A stretch of DNA of 64,000 bases from an uncultured Spirochaetota bacterium (GTDB lineage Bacteria > Spirochaetota > Brevinematia > Brevinematales > JAOACQ01): positions 608,001 through 672,000 of the forward strand of contig CAWAOD010000009.1 of NCBI GenBank assembly GCA_963783575.1. Direction: 5' to 3'. This document shows, in pieces, positions 53,635-63,637 of the stretch. How positions within the stretch are numbered: the first letter of the stretch is position 1; each line of letters starts with the position of its first letter. A program made the position numbers and the translations under genes. The notes beneath the pieces are model-generated. The model searched no databases. It was not told the DNA's origin and saw nothing but the letters and a program-made list of their open reading frames with translations.

Positions 53635-55553
53635 GCGCTTCTGAAATCTATTAAGGTCTGCCGGTACGCGTCCGGTAAACCGATGTCAAACCGGCGGCCT
53701 TTTACTATATAACCTGTAAATCCTTCTTCCAGCCTCAGTTTATCAAGGCATGACGTAAGCTGAAATTCCCCGTTCTCACGGATATTATGGGTAATGTGCT
53801 CTTTAATATATTCAAAAATCTTCGGGGATAAAACATATTGACCGAATACCGTAAGATAAGTATTATCCTCCATACCTTCAACATGCAGGTGCTTTTTTGC
53901 ATATTCTACATCAGGCTTTTCGGAGAATTCAGTTATTGTAATTTCCGAATTTTCGTTGTTCCATATACCCGTTACACAGCCATAATGAAGTATCTCATCC
54001 TCCGGTGTGGCCCTTAAACCCAGTACGCTATGGCCGACTCTCTCATAAACGTCCATAATCTGGCGGGCGCAGGAATCATCAGTATCCGTAGAGTAAATAT
54101 GATCCCCGAGCATCAGGAGAAAAGGTTCGTTATCCGCCCAATCTTTAGTACAATAAACGGCATGCCCGAAACCGTCCTGGGATGTTTGCTCGATTAATGT
54201 GATATGATTACCTATTTCAAGAATGTAATCGCTGAATTTCTGATTTTCTTTTGAAAGCTTGTTGAAATTTTCTATCGTTGGTGGTGAGAAAAAGAACTCC
54301 TCAAAAATTCTTTTATCATCGGGCTGTATGATAATCCCGATTTCTTCTATACCTGCGCTTAGAGCTTCTTCAATAATTGTTAATATCGCGGGTTTTATCA
54401 TACCGTCACGGCCTATGACTGGAAACAGCTCCTTTTTCACTGCCTTTGAGGCCGGAAAGAGCCTTGTGCCGTATCCGGCAGCTGGAATAACGGCTTTCCT
54501 TACCCTTTTTCCTGTCTGCAGAACAAGTTTGAGACATGGTAATTTCAGGTCTTTTTCAATGATTTCTATCACTTTCTCCTGGCTTGCGGTATCTTTTGCA
54601 ATAAATTGAGCCGAACCGTCTCCCTGGGAACCAACACCCTTGCCGCCGAGAATAAAAGACTGCAGAGGGGCATAATTCAATACCCTGTGTAAAACAGGAG
54701 CCGCCAACTGCGAAGGGCATGCAGGCCCACAGTAATTGTCAAACCCTTCCTGGGCTTTTCTCATAAGAAGCCCTATCAAAGAGGCGTCGCCTGCCTCAAG
54801 AGCTTCTGCAGCGCTTTTTGTTATACCGGCGCTGATCGGCCCAAGATAGTTCTGCACGCCTTCCTGAATGCTGTTTTCTGCAAACGGGTAGCAGTGATTG
54901 AGCTTGCTTAATATTTCTTTTGTATCCTTGCTTGCACAAAGATCAACTATTACAAAATACAAATTATTTGGAACTTTTAATTCTTTAACATCAATCCTTT
55001 CTCCATCAAAAGTCATCAATATTGGGCGATTTCCGTAAGCGCATCCCTGATCCATCCTTCCGCATCTTGAAGGAGTGGTGATTTCTCCAAGATAAGCAAA
55101 TTCCATTTCACCCCTGGTTGTCATTTTCAAATCATAGATCCTGTTAAAGGCCCTAGCAACAAGGACAGAGATTGCGGCACTTGATGAAAGGCCTTTTTTT
55201 ATCGGCAGATCGGTAAATGTATTTTCAATTTCAAGCCCATGCACCCGATAATGGGTTAATACCTGATAGGCAACCCCGGCCGCATAGCTGAAATACCCGC
55301 CTTTCTCCGCTTCCTCAAGCAGTGTTTCAAGATTCATAGGAATCTCATAAGGACTTATACCTGAGCCTTCATTCAGGGTTGATTTTATGATTAATCTGGA
55401 CGGATGCGGCTTAACTTCGGCATGAATTCCCTGATTTGTACCGGATATTATGGTATAACCTTTTTCAAGCCCGGCATTGATACGCCGGTATCCTCCAGCC
55501 CAATCGGTATGCTCCCCGAATAAACATATGCGCCCGGGTACAAATAGTTTCAT
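53631..55553 (-). CDS. Fused GHMP sugar kinase / GalU-like nucleotidyltransferase
   Basis: PGRICLFGEHTD, PIKKGLSSSAA and CGRMDQ, then KAVIPAAGYGTRLFPASKAVKKELFP. Confidence 0.85.
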   Translation of the reverse strand: MKLFVPGRICLFGEHTDWAGGYRRINAGLEKGYTIISGTNQGIHAEVKPHPSRLIIKSTLNEGSGISPYEIPMNLETLLEEAEKGGYFSYAAGVAYQVLTHYRVHGLEIENTFTDLPIKKGLSSSAAISVLVARAFNRIYDLKMTTRGEMEFAYLGEITTPSRCGRMDQGCAYGNRPILMTFDGERIDVKELKVPNNLYFVIVDLCASKDTKEILSKLNHCYPFAENSIQEGVQNYLGPISAGITKSAAEALEAGDASLIGLLMRKAQEGFDNYCGPACPSQLAAPVLHRVLNYAPLQSFILGGKGVGSQGDGSAQFIAKDTASQEKVIEIIEKDLKLPCLKLVLQTGKRVRKAVIPAAGYGTRLFPASKAVKKELFPVIGRDGMIKPAILTIIEEALSAGIEEIGIIIQPDDKRIFEEFFFSPPTIENFNKLSKENQKFSDYILEIGNHITLIEQTSQDGFGHAVYCTKDWADNEPFLLMLGDHIYSTDTDDSCARQIMDVYERVGHSVLGLRATPEDEILHYGCVTGIWNNENSEITITEFSEKPDVEYAKKHLHVEGMEDNTYLTVFGQYVLSPKIFEYIKEHITHNIRENGEFQLTSCLDKLRLEEGFTGYIVKGRRFDIGLPDAYRQTLIDFRSA

Positions 55554-55711
55554 CGTTCGGCCTCCAGTTTATTTACTGGAATATTATATTATTTTGAATT
55601 GATTATGGCAAAATAAATTCATAACATCTCACGAATAAATCATTACGATAACGCTAGTGCGATAATTACAGAAAATAATACTTATAACAAATTGTCACAT
55701 AAATGGCCGGG

Positions 55712-56563
55712 TTAAAAGATTGTTATGTTGCTTATTTCATCCAGATAAAAATTACCGATCGGACTGTTCATTTTAATTACAAGCCGCCTGTCGGAGTCTT
55801 CCATCCAAAGCATTGTTTCTTTAATATAACTCTGCATGAGCTGGCTCAGAAAACTGTCGGCAATTACAATACTGAGCTTTAAAGTATTAAAAGTGCCTGA
55901 TTTTAAAGTGATTTTTTCCCTTCCCTCAACCCGGAAATAAATCGGCAGGGGTTCTTTTACTATCTCCGGTATTATAAAAGTGGCTAATCCCGGATTGGTA
56001 ATATCAAGGAACCGGACCCCGATGACCATCCCGGAACCAAGGTCTAGAATCGGATAATACTTCTTTATGGTAATTCTGCTTTTACTTGTCTGTACTTTAA
56101 ATCCATCCCATGTTTTTGATTCAATATTTACAATTGAGTGTTCATAGTCGGCAATCTTATCCTTAAATATTATTTTATTCTTATCCTTGTTGACTTCAAA
56201 AGTAATATTATTTTTATTTCCAATCCTGCTTTCATAGAGCGAGCCGTTGTCCAGTGAAATCAAAAATCTTGCTTTGTAATCGGAATATTGTTCGGGATAT
56301 CTTTCATTTTTTGAATAGTTTATGCCGTCATGGTAAATATATGCAAACTGGACATTATTTTCATTGGTTATTTTAATAATAAATTTAAATTCGGATATAT
56401 CTTCCCCTCCGGAAGCGATTTTATACCTGAGGACTTCACCATTCCGGATATCAAGTTTTGCATATGGTTTCATCGGGATATTTACTGGTTTTCCGGTCAT
56501 TGGATAGCAAAACGTGGAATTAATAATAAGTAATCCTGCTAAAAATAACTTTCTTAAAAACAT
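55712..56563 (-). CDS. Exported hypothetical protein (DUF3108-like C-terminus)
   Basis: GEVLRY...GREKITLKSGTFNTLK...LWMED..RRLVIKM. Confidence 0.5.
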   Translation of the reverse strand: MFLRKLFLAGLLIINSTFCYPMTGKPVNIPMKPYAKLDIRNGEVLRYKIASGGEDISEFKFIIKITNENNVQFAYIYHDGINYSKNERYPEQYSDYKARFLISLDNGSLYESRIGNKNNITFEVNKDKNKIIFKDKIADYEHSIVNIESKTWDGFKVQTSKSRITIKKYYPILDLGSGMVIGVRFLDITNPGLATFIIPEIVKEPLPIYFRVEGREKITLKSGTFNTLKLSIVIADSFLSQLMQSYIKETMLWMEDSDRRLVIKMNSPIGNFYLDEISNITIF

Positions 56564-56666
56564 ATTCTGCTCCTTTCAAAAATCAAAATCAATAATAATT
56601 TAGCATAAATCTTAAAAATGCAGAATAGGCCTTTGGTCCTTTTCGGACTGGGAATACAGTCCTTTT

Positions 56667-57584
56667 TTATTTTTTCCTGATTTGAAAGGAAAGCTCCATA
56701 CGGTTTTTTACATTGATTTTTTGATAAATATTGTAGATATGGTTCTTTACGGTTTTTATTGATATGAAAAGGGTTTCTCCGATTTCCCGGTTGGATTTTC
56801 CGGTCAATATCATACGGATTATTTCACATTCTTTTTCAGTGAGGTTATATTCTTTTATAAAACTTTCTTTTAAATCCAGGGAAGGGGAAGAGTCGGAATA
56901 ATTCTCCTGTAAATTTCTCCCATGAAGAAGTATAAGGACGCACCAGATAAAATAATAAAATGCATTAAGCCAGTAATGGAAGGAATCGGCTGCGCTGTAA
57001 CGGTAAAACCACAGGAAAAATTCCGTGTCTAATATGATAAAACAGCTGAAAACCAGTGACAATAAGGCAATATTCTTATTTTCCCTGATATTAATTTTCC
57101 TGTATGCCAGGAAAGTTATTATAATGCAATATAAAAGAATTAATATCGTTAAAATGTGCTGTATGATTACTGAATAATAAAGAATGTTATCTTTATTATT
57201 GATATTTAAAAAATACGGGATAATTTTTATAATTATTCCTATACCTGCGAAAACCGCTGACAACAGATTTGCTTTTTTCTTACCCGGTATGCCCAAAACC
57301 GAATGGAAAAGAAAAGGTAAAATAAAAATAATAATATAAGAGGCGTTCATGCTGAAATTATAAAGTACAGCCTCAAAGGAAGTTTGCTGAGTAATATTCA
57401 ATTTAACATAAAACAGGAGGCTGTTTAAAAATACCTTTATTCCAATGAAGGCAAAGAAAAAAATATAATACAGCCATAATCTGAAGCGGCTCTTATAATA
57501 AAAATAAACAGCAAAAAGGCAAGAACATATACAAATGACTAAAGTAAAATAAAAGAAGTACAAAACCAAATGTTTCATAAACAA
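56667..57584 (-). CDS. Membrane-bound LuxR-type transcriptional regulator
   Basis: Multiple TM helices plus YNLTEKE...[26 protein letters not shown]. Confidence 0.85.
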   Translation of the reverse strand: MFMKHLVLYFFYFTLVICICSCLFAVYFYYKSRFRLWLYYIFFFAFIGIKVFLNSLLFYVKLNITQQTSFEAVLYNFSMNASYIIIFILPFLFHSVLGIPGKKKANLLSAVFAGIGIIIKIIPYFLNINNKDNILYYSVIIQHILTILILLYCIIITFLAYRKINIRENKNIALLSLVFSCFIILDTEFFLWFYRYSAADSFHYWLNAFYYFIWCVLILLHGRNLQENYSDSSPSLDLKESFIKEYNLTEKECEIIRMILTGKSNREIGETLFISIKTVKNHIYNIYQKINVKNRMELSFQIRKK

Positions 57585-57613
57585 AACCCTGTTAATTATT
57601 ACTTAAATGAATT

Positions 57614-57628
57614 CAAGCGGCACGCTTG
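57614..57628. repeat. Short palindromic repeat (copy 4)
   Basis: CAAGCG-GCA-CGCTTG abutting the restored stop at 57629. Confidence 0.7.
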
Positions 57629-58046
57629 TCAGAAAGTTGATTCGATCATTGTAACGGCCTTCCCGGCAAGTTCCATATCCTCGTTTTCCGGAAGCCCGCT
57701 AATGCCAAGAGCCCCCGATCACTTCCCCGTTATAACGGACAGGAACACCGCCGCCCCATGCAGTATAGCGGAGATTGCCGAAATTTGTCATTGGAAAGCC
57801 GTCGTTTTTTGAGGCTTCGCCGACCTCTTTCGAATCCTTGCGTTCGCGGGCTGCAGTAAATGCCTTATTCATCGCGACATAAATTGATGAAAAGGGACAG
57901 CCGTCTATTCTTAAAAAAGCAAGTAACTCTCCATGTGAGTCGGTCACAGCTATCGCGGCTTTCCTGTTTGACTTTTCCAGCTCACCCCTGATAAGGGCAA
58001 TGATTTTCATGGCATCATCATGAGAAAGGTTATTCGATTTAAACAT
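57629..58046 (-). CDS. GlcG/HbpS heme-binding protein with an apparent +1 frameshift in a G run (~57714)
   Basis: IAVTDSHG, NKAFTA and GGGVP motifs. Removing one G restores IGALGISGLPENEDMELA...*. Confidence 0.85.
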
Positions 58047-58238
58047 AAAAACCTCGATTTTTTGTAATTATAAAAAATAATTATATACCTATCAAGTTCA
58101 TTCATGTAATATGAAGGCTAACTCTCTGTTTTTTGTCCTTTTGCACTAATTACTTTTGAAAACGGTAAAATTATTCCTCTTTTTTTGGATGGTTTCTATT
58201 ATGACACGGAAAAAATGAAGCCTGTCTCTTGCAATTAA

Positions 58239-58529
58239 TTATCTGGATATTTTTGTACTTGTAAATTGAGGGCCTTTTTCGCTTTCTAATACATACCAAA
58301 AATAAACGGTATCGGTTCTTAAATCAATCATATTTTCTATTGTTTTTGGAATTTCATCCCATGTCATTATTGCTTCATTATAAGTAATTTCATAAACTGA
58401 TTCTGTTCTTTCTATTGCTTTAAGAGTTTCTCTTAAAAAGTCCCGAACAGTTTTTTGTTTATCTGAATCACTTATATCATAAGCTACTATTATATTGGAA
58501 AATCCAATATCTACAGTACTTATTGGCAT
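58239..58529 (-). CDS. Orphan Cas2-like (Cas2/VapD ferredoxin-fold) protein
   Basis: IIVAYDISD...RTESVYE...DTVYFW, 96 aa, AGGAGG RBS. Confidence 0.6.
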   Translation of the reverse strand: MPISTVDIGFSNIIVAYDISDSDKQKTVRDFLRETLKAIERTESVYEITYNEAIMTWDEIPKTIENMIDLRTDTVYFWYVLESEKGPQFTSTKISR

Positions 58530-58718
58530 ATATTAAACCTCCTGAAAATTAGTAGTTAAATGTTTGTTTTATTAAATAAATTTTGTCTTTAAAAATTTTA
58601 AATGTTTTTTTTACGTGTTTCAAAATCTTCATATTTAAATTCATGATCTTCTTTAGTTATAATTAAATCATTTGTGAAAACATAAATAATTCTTCTTTTT
58701 TATTGTAGATTTAATAAT

Positions 58719-58901
58719 TTAATCAACTGGTTTTTGAATGGTATCTTCAGAAAAGTCACCTGAACATAATGCCCATGTTCCATCTGTTTTATTATAATTA
58801 AACCAGATACAAGTTGCTATACCGTTTACTAAAGAATCAATTGTCATTTTAGGGCCATAACTTTTCAATTGAATAACATCTCCGACTTTTAATGTTTCCA
58901 T
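58719..58901 (-). CDS. YodC/DUF2158 family protein
   Basis: LKVGDVIQLKSYGPKMTI...CIWF. Confidence 0.8.
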   Translation of the reverse strand: METLKVGDVIQLKSYGPKMTIDSLVNGIATCIWFNYNKTDGTWALCSGDFSEDTIQKPVD

Positions 58902-59060
58902 TTTTTAAACTCCTTATTTATAATTCTATAAAAGTTTATCCTGTTTATATTTAATTGTCAATATTAACTCTTAAAAATATTATAAGTTCTTTCAGGTAAA
59001 ACATGACATAATTCATTTATTGTTATATAATTATGTATTATTGAATAATAGGAGAAATAT

Positions 59061-59754
59061 ATGCAGAAAAAAGAATTATCGTTACTTACACTTCAAAGTA
59101 AATTTGATTCAGTAATTAAATGTGAAAAGTATCTTTTTAAACAAAGATGGCCTGAAGGTTTTATTTGTCCTGCTTGTGGTAATAAAGATTATTATTTCAT
59201 AAAAACAAGAAAACAATATGAATGTTCTAAATGTCATCATCAAACTTCATTAATAGCAGGAACTATTATGCATGGTAGTAGAATATCATTGAAAAAATGG
59301 TTTTGGGCAATATATTTATCTTCCACTGATAAAGGCGGAATATCTGCAATGACATTAAAAAAGAGCATTTTAGTTTCTTATCCGACAGCTTGGTTAATGT
59401 TACATAAAATCAGAGAAGCTATGAAAGCAAGAGATGCTGAATATCAATTGGCTGGATTAATTGAAATTGATGATTCTTATTTTGACGGCAAAGATGAAGA
59501 TAATAAAAGAGAAAGAGGGTCAAAGAAAGCTAAAGTATTAGTGCAGGTTTCAACAACTAAATATTGTAATTTCTAATGCAAATACTTTTATAAAAGGAAC
59601 TTATCATGGAGCTTGTAATGAACACATTCAAAAATATTTTAATGAGCTTTGTTATAGATCTAATAAAAGATTTTGGGAAAGACAATTATTCAATAGACTT
59701 TTAACAGCTTGCACTGATTGTAATATAATTACTTATAAAGGTTTGATTAAATAA
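59061..59754 (+). pseudogene. IS1595-family transposase with internal deletion and frameshift
   Basis: Zn ribbon (CPACG...CSKC) and EIDDSY. The out-of-frame C-terminus ISNANTFIKGTYHG...ELCYRSNKR ends at 59754. Confidence 0.85.
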
Positions 59755-59763
59755 GGTATTTAT

Positions 59764-60027
59764 TTAAGAACAAGAAATAGAATTGAAATCTATATTATGA
59801 AATTTTTTAGGTAACATGTTTTTTAACAATAATTTATCGGCTTTTGAATAACCCATTATTTCAATTCCAACAATTCTATTAGTTTTCATTTCTTTCATAA
59901 TATAAATATCTAGTCCATTAAAATCTTTTTCAACAGAATAACAATCATTACATTTATCGATTAATATACCCAGAATATCGTATTCCGGGTTATAATTGCA
60001 TATATATTTGAAATTACTTCTTTTCAT
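59764..60027 (-). CDS. DUF2283 family protein (putative antitoxin)
   Basis: YNPEYDIL...IVGIEI. Confidence 0.65.
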   Translation of the reverse strand: MKRSNFKYICNYNPEYDILGILIDKCNDCYSVEKDFNGLDIYIMKEMKTNRIVGIEIMGYSKADKLLLKNMLPKKFHNIDFNSISCS

Positions 60028-60343
60028 ATATTATTCCTTGGTTAATTTTTATTGCTTTTTTATCAATTATATGACTAGTAACAATATAACTTGGTTCACT
60101 TGTATAACTCATTTCAACTATTACTTTTATTCTATATTTACCATAATTATATAACATACCAAAATAATTTAATCTTGTATCATAATGTTCGTTAGGTAAT
60201 ACCAAGATTGGGTCTTCAATTGCTTGCTTTATCACATGAACTTTTGTTTCTAAATCTGGATGTCCAGGTAAAATATGCTCTTCCCACGTGCTTTTTTTAA
60301 GTCCAACTTGTTTATTAAATATATCGGTAGTTAAAAATATCAT
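60014..60343 (-). CDS. Putative BECR/RelE-fold ribonuclease (PBECR2/DUF4258-like)
   Basis: WEEHILPGHPDL...IEDP...IKVIV...IVTSH. Overlaps the DUF2283 gene. Confidence 0.55.
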   Translation of the reverse strand: MIFLTTDIFNKQVGLKKSTWEEHILPGHPDLETKVHVIKQAIEDPILVLPNEHYDTRLNYFGMLYNYGKYRIKVIVEMSYTSEPSYIVTSHIIDKKAIKINQGIIYEKK

Positions 60344-60353
60344 AATAGTAATT

Positions 60354-60605
60354 TCACTTTATTTCTTTATCTATAACTTCTGGTTTTGGAGGTATTTTAA
60401 TTTCACCAAACTGCTTCTCATATGTAATTAAAGTTTCATTTAATACTTGATTTAATAATTTTGCATGTTGAGGACTCATAAAAATAATAGCTTCTGAAGT
60501 AACACTATTATCAATATTAATACCAATCTTCATTATTATATCTGTAAAACTTAATCCAACACTAACCGAATTAGTGTAATATATTTGTTTCTCGATAGCA
60601 TCCAT
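60354..60605 (-). CDS. DUF3467 family protein
   Basis: YTNSVSV...IFMSPQHAKLL...YEKQFGEI. Confidence 0.75.
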   Translation of the reverse strand: MDAIEKQIYYTNSVSVGLSFTDIIMKIGINIDNSVTSEAIIFMSPQHAKLLNQVLNETLITYEKQFGEIKIPPKPEVIDKEIK

Positions 60606-60779
60606 AAATACCTCCTACGAGGTATACAGGATAACACGAAATAAAAATACTTTCAATACTTTTTCATTTTAAATTTAAACTAAATTTGTTTAATAATCAA
60701 ATTATATTTATAATACTCCTCTATTTATATATTCATAAAAATTCTACCTAAATGAACTTGATAGTCATAAATAATTCTT

Positions 60780-63611
60780 TTACATTTTACCACCCAGTTC
60801 AGTCAGATATTTCCTTAAAAACTCTCCGGTATAGGATTCGGTGTTTTTATATATTTCTTCCGGCGTACCCTCGAAGATAATCCTGCCACCCTTTTCACCG
60901 CCTTCGGGCCCCAGGTCAATGACCCAGTCAGCGACCTTGATTACGTCCATGTTGTGCTCGATTACAATTATTGTATTGCCTTTATCGACAAGTGTCTGAA
61001 GGACATGGATAAGCTTTTTCACATCGTCAAAATGGAGGCCGACTGTCGGCTCATCAAGGATATACAATGTTTTTCCGGTGCCGATTTTCGACAGCTCCTT
61101 GGCAAGTTTAATCCTCTGCGCCTCACCGCCGCTGAGTGTCGTCGCGGCCTGTCCGAGGTGGATATATCCGAGTCCGACATTTTTAAGAACCTCAACCTTT
61201 CTTTTGATATTCGGGATATGCTCAAAGAATATTAGAGCCTCGTCTACAGTCTGCTCAAGAACATCCGCGATGGATTTGCCTTTATATTTTATCTGGAGGG
61301 TTTCCTTATTATAACGTTTCCCTCCGCAGACATCACAGGTCAGGTAAACATCGGGAAGGAAGTGCATTTCCACTTTGATGAATCCATCGCCTTCGCAGGC
61401 CTCGCAGCGGCCGCCCTTGACGTTAAAGCTGAACCTTCCGGCTTTATATCCGCGCGCTCTCGCTTCGGGAAGCCCTGTAAACAGGTCCCTGATCTCTGTA
61501 AAAACCCCGGTGTATGTTGCGGGGTTCGATCTTGGAGTCCTTCCGATAGGGCTTTGATCGATATCTATGATCTTATCGATCAAAGATATGCCTTTGATTT
61601 CCTTATGTTTTCCTACGGGATATTTTGATCTGTAAAGCACCTTACTGACTGCATTGAATAATATATCATTGACAAGCGTTGATTTACCGGATCCGCTGAC
61701 GCCTGTAACGACAATAAACTCGCCCATCGGGAACTTAACATTTATATTCTTTAAATTATGCTCTTCCGCACCGGTCACCTCGATAAATTTCCCGTTTCCC
61801 GGACGCCTTGTTTCGGGGATTTCAACCCTCAGCTTACCTGAAAGATATTTTCCGGTCAATGAATTTTTGTTATTTTTGATGTCTTCAAAAGTGCCTTCCG
61901 CGACAAGTTTACCTCCGTAAATCCCGGCTCCAGGCCCGATGTCGATGATCCAGTCCGCGCGGCTGATAGTCTCTTCGTCATGCTCGACAACAAGCACGGT
62001 ATTGCCTGCATCCCTCAGTCTTTCAAGGGTATGGATCAGTTTATCCGTGTCCCTTGAATGAAGCCCGATTGTAGGTTCGTCAAGGACATAAAGTACTCCC
62101 ATCAATCCCGAACCGATCTGGGTCGCGAGCCTTATCCTCTGGAATTCACCGCCGGAAATGGTGCTAACCTTGCGGTCGAGCGTCAAATAATCGAGCCCGA
62201 CATCGATGATAAACTTAAGACGTTTATCTATTTCCTTTAAGATCCTTTCCGTTATCTTAATCTGGCTTGGATTAAGCCTGTCGCATAAATCCAGGAAAAA
62301 TTTAAATGATTCCCGGACATTCATCTTTGTAACTTCCATTATATTCCGGTTATCCACTTTTACGGCAAGGCTCGCTTTATTAAGCCTTTCTCCATGACAG
62401 ACCGGGCAGTCCACGGATTTCATATAGACTTCCAGCCATTCCCTCATTTCAGGAGACTGCGTCTCAAAATACCGGCGTTTGAGGTTTGGTATGACGCCTT
62501 CATACTGAGCCGTAGTATTAAAATTAAACTTTTCGCTTTCATAATGAATATCGATTTTTTCATCATCTCCATACATTATGATTTTCCTTATTCCCTGAGG
62601 CAATTCCTGATAAGGGGTATCAAGCGAGAATTTGTACTTTTTCGAAATCGCTTTTAAAAAAGACATCCAGTGAACCTGAGAGGGCGGATGGGAACGTAAG
62701 GCACCGTCATTTATGCTTTTATCGAAATGGACAAGAAGCTCCTCGTCGAATTCAAGCTTTTCTCCAAGTCCGCTGCATTCGGGGCATGCCCCGTAAGGAG
62801 CGTTGAAAGAAAACATTCTTGGTTCGATATCCTCAAAGCTGATATTGTCATCGGGACAAAAATACTTTTCGGAATATATCTTCTCCTCTTTCGAATCAAC
62901 ATTAAATATGCTTAAAAGACCGTCTCCGTAATGCAGCGCCGTTTCAACGGAATCAGCGATCCTTGCACGGTCTTTTTCTTCAAGCACAAGCCTGTCGACC
63001 ACAATATCGATTGTATGCTTTTTGTTCTTTTCAAGGTTTATTTCCGAATCAAGATCAAGCAGCTCACCGTCAACACGCACGCGCGCAAAACCCTCCTTCT
63101 TCAATTCCTCCAGAACATCAGCGTGCGTCCCCTTCCTTCCCCTTACTTTCGGCGAGATTATCAGGAACTTTGTTCCTTTTGGAATAGCCATGATCGAATC
63201 CATTATCTCATCAACTGTAGCCGAAGTGAGAACTTTTCCGCATACGGGACAGGTCGGCGTACCAACAGTTCCCCAAAGGAGCCTGAAATAATCGTAAATC
63301 TCCGTAACGGTTCCGACTATTGACCTTGGGTTTCCATGCACCCCCTGCTGCTGGATAGATATCGCGGGAGAAAGCCCTTCGATAAAATCCACATTTGGTT
63401 TGCGCATATCGCCCAAAAATTGTCTGGCATAAGTAGACAGGGACTCGAGGTACCTTCTTTCACCCTCGGCGTATATAGTATCGAAAGCAAGGGATGATTT
63501 ACCGCTTCCCGATACCCCTGTTATAACAACCAGTTTATTCCTTGGTATTTCAAGGCTGATGTTTTTTAAATTATGCTCTTTTGCGCCCTTTATAATGATT
63601 TTGTCATGCAT
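60780..63611 (-). CDS. uvrA: Excinuclease ABC subunit A
   Basis: GAKEHNLKN, two Walker A motifs, zinc fingers and LDEPT. ATG at 63611 follows GGAG. Confidence 0.96.
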   Translation of the reverse strand: MHDKIIIKGAKEHNLKNISLEIPRNKLVVITGVSGSGKSSLAFDTIYAEGERRYLESLSTYARQFLGDMRKPNVDFIEGLSPAISIQQQGVHGNPRSIVGTVTEIYDYFRLLWGTVGTPTCPVCGKVLTSATVDEIMDSIMAIPKGTKFLIISPKVRGRKGTHADVLEELKKEGFARVRVDGELLDLDSEINLEKNKKHTIDIVVDRLVLEEKDRARIADSVETALHYGDGLLSIFNVDSKEEKIYSEKYFCPDDNISFEDIEPRMFSFNAPYGACPECSGLGEKLEFDEELLVHFDKSINDGALRSHPPSQVHWMSFLKAISKKYKFSLDTPYQELPQGIRKIIMYGDDEKIDIHYESEKFNFNTTAQYEGVIPNLKRRYFETQSPEMREWLEVYMKSVDCPVCHGERLNKASLAVKVDNRNIMEVTKMNVRESFKFFLDLCDRLNPSQIKITERILKEIDKRLKFIIDVGLDYLTLDRKVSTISGGEFQRIRLATQIGSGLMGVLYVLDEPTIGLHSRDTDKLIHTLERLRDAGNTVLVVEHDEETISRADWIIDIGPGAGIYGGKLVAEGTFEDIKNNKNSLTGKYLSGKLRVEIPETRRPGNGKFIEVTGAEEHNLKNINVKFPMGEFIVVTGVSGSGKSTLVNDILFNAVSKVLYRSKYPVGKHKEIKGISLIDKIIDIDQSPIGRTPRSNPATYTGVFTEIRDLFTGLPEARARGYKAGRFSFNVKGGRCEACEGDGFIKVEMHFLPDVYLTCDVCGGKRYNKETLQIKYKGKSIADVLEQTVDEALIFFEHIPNIKRKVEVLKNVGLGYIHLGQAATTLSGGEAQRIKLAKELSKIGTGKTLYILDEPTVGLHFDDVKKLIHVLQTLVDKGNTIIVIEHNMDVIKVADWVIDLGPEGGEKGGRIIFEGTPEEIYKNTESYTGEFLRKYLTELGGKM

Positions 63612-63637
63612 CGTTAACTCCAGTGTCAAAATAATTT

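Larger units (their letters stand above)
58084..60769. mobile_element. IS1595-type element carrying passenger genes
   Basis: Inverted ends TATACCTATCAAGTTCATT / TATGACTATCAAGTTCATT (14-bp perfect core). Flanks AATAATTA / AATAATTC. Contains an IS1595 transposase remnant. Confidence 0.6.

Noticed and set aside
56627..56665. GGACTG-N6-CAGTCC hairpin as a terminator
   Set aside because: The T-tract is on the strand opposite the flanking genes. It could be a LuxR operator, but that is unsupported.
58046..60780. CRISPR array near the Cas2-like gene
   Set aside because: No regularly spaced direct repeats here or elsewhere in the window.
60954..63323. Many 60-130 aa antisense or alternate-frame ORFs within uvrA (likewise within typA, smc, tex, ddl)
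   Set aside because: Shadow ORFs of GC-richer coding sequence with no recognisable motifs.
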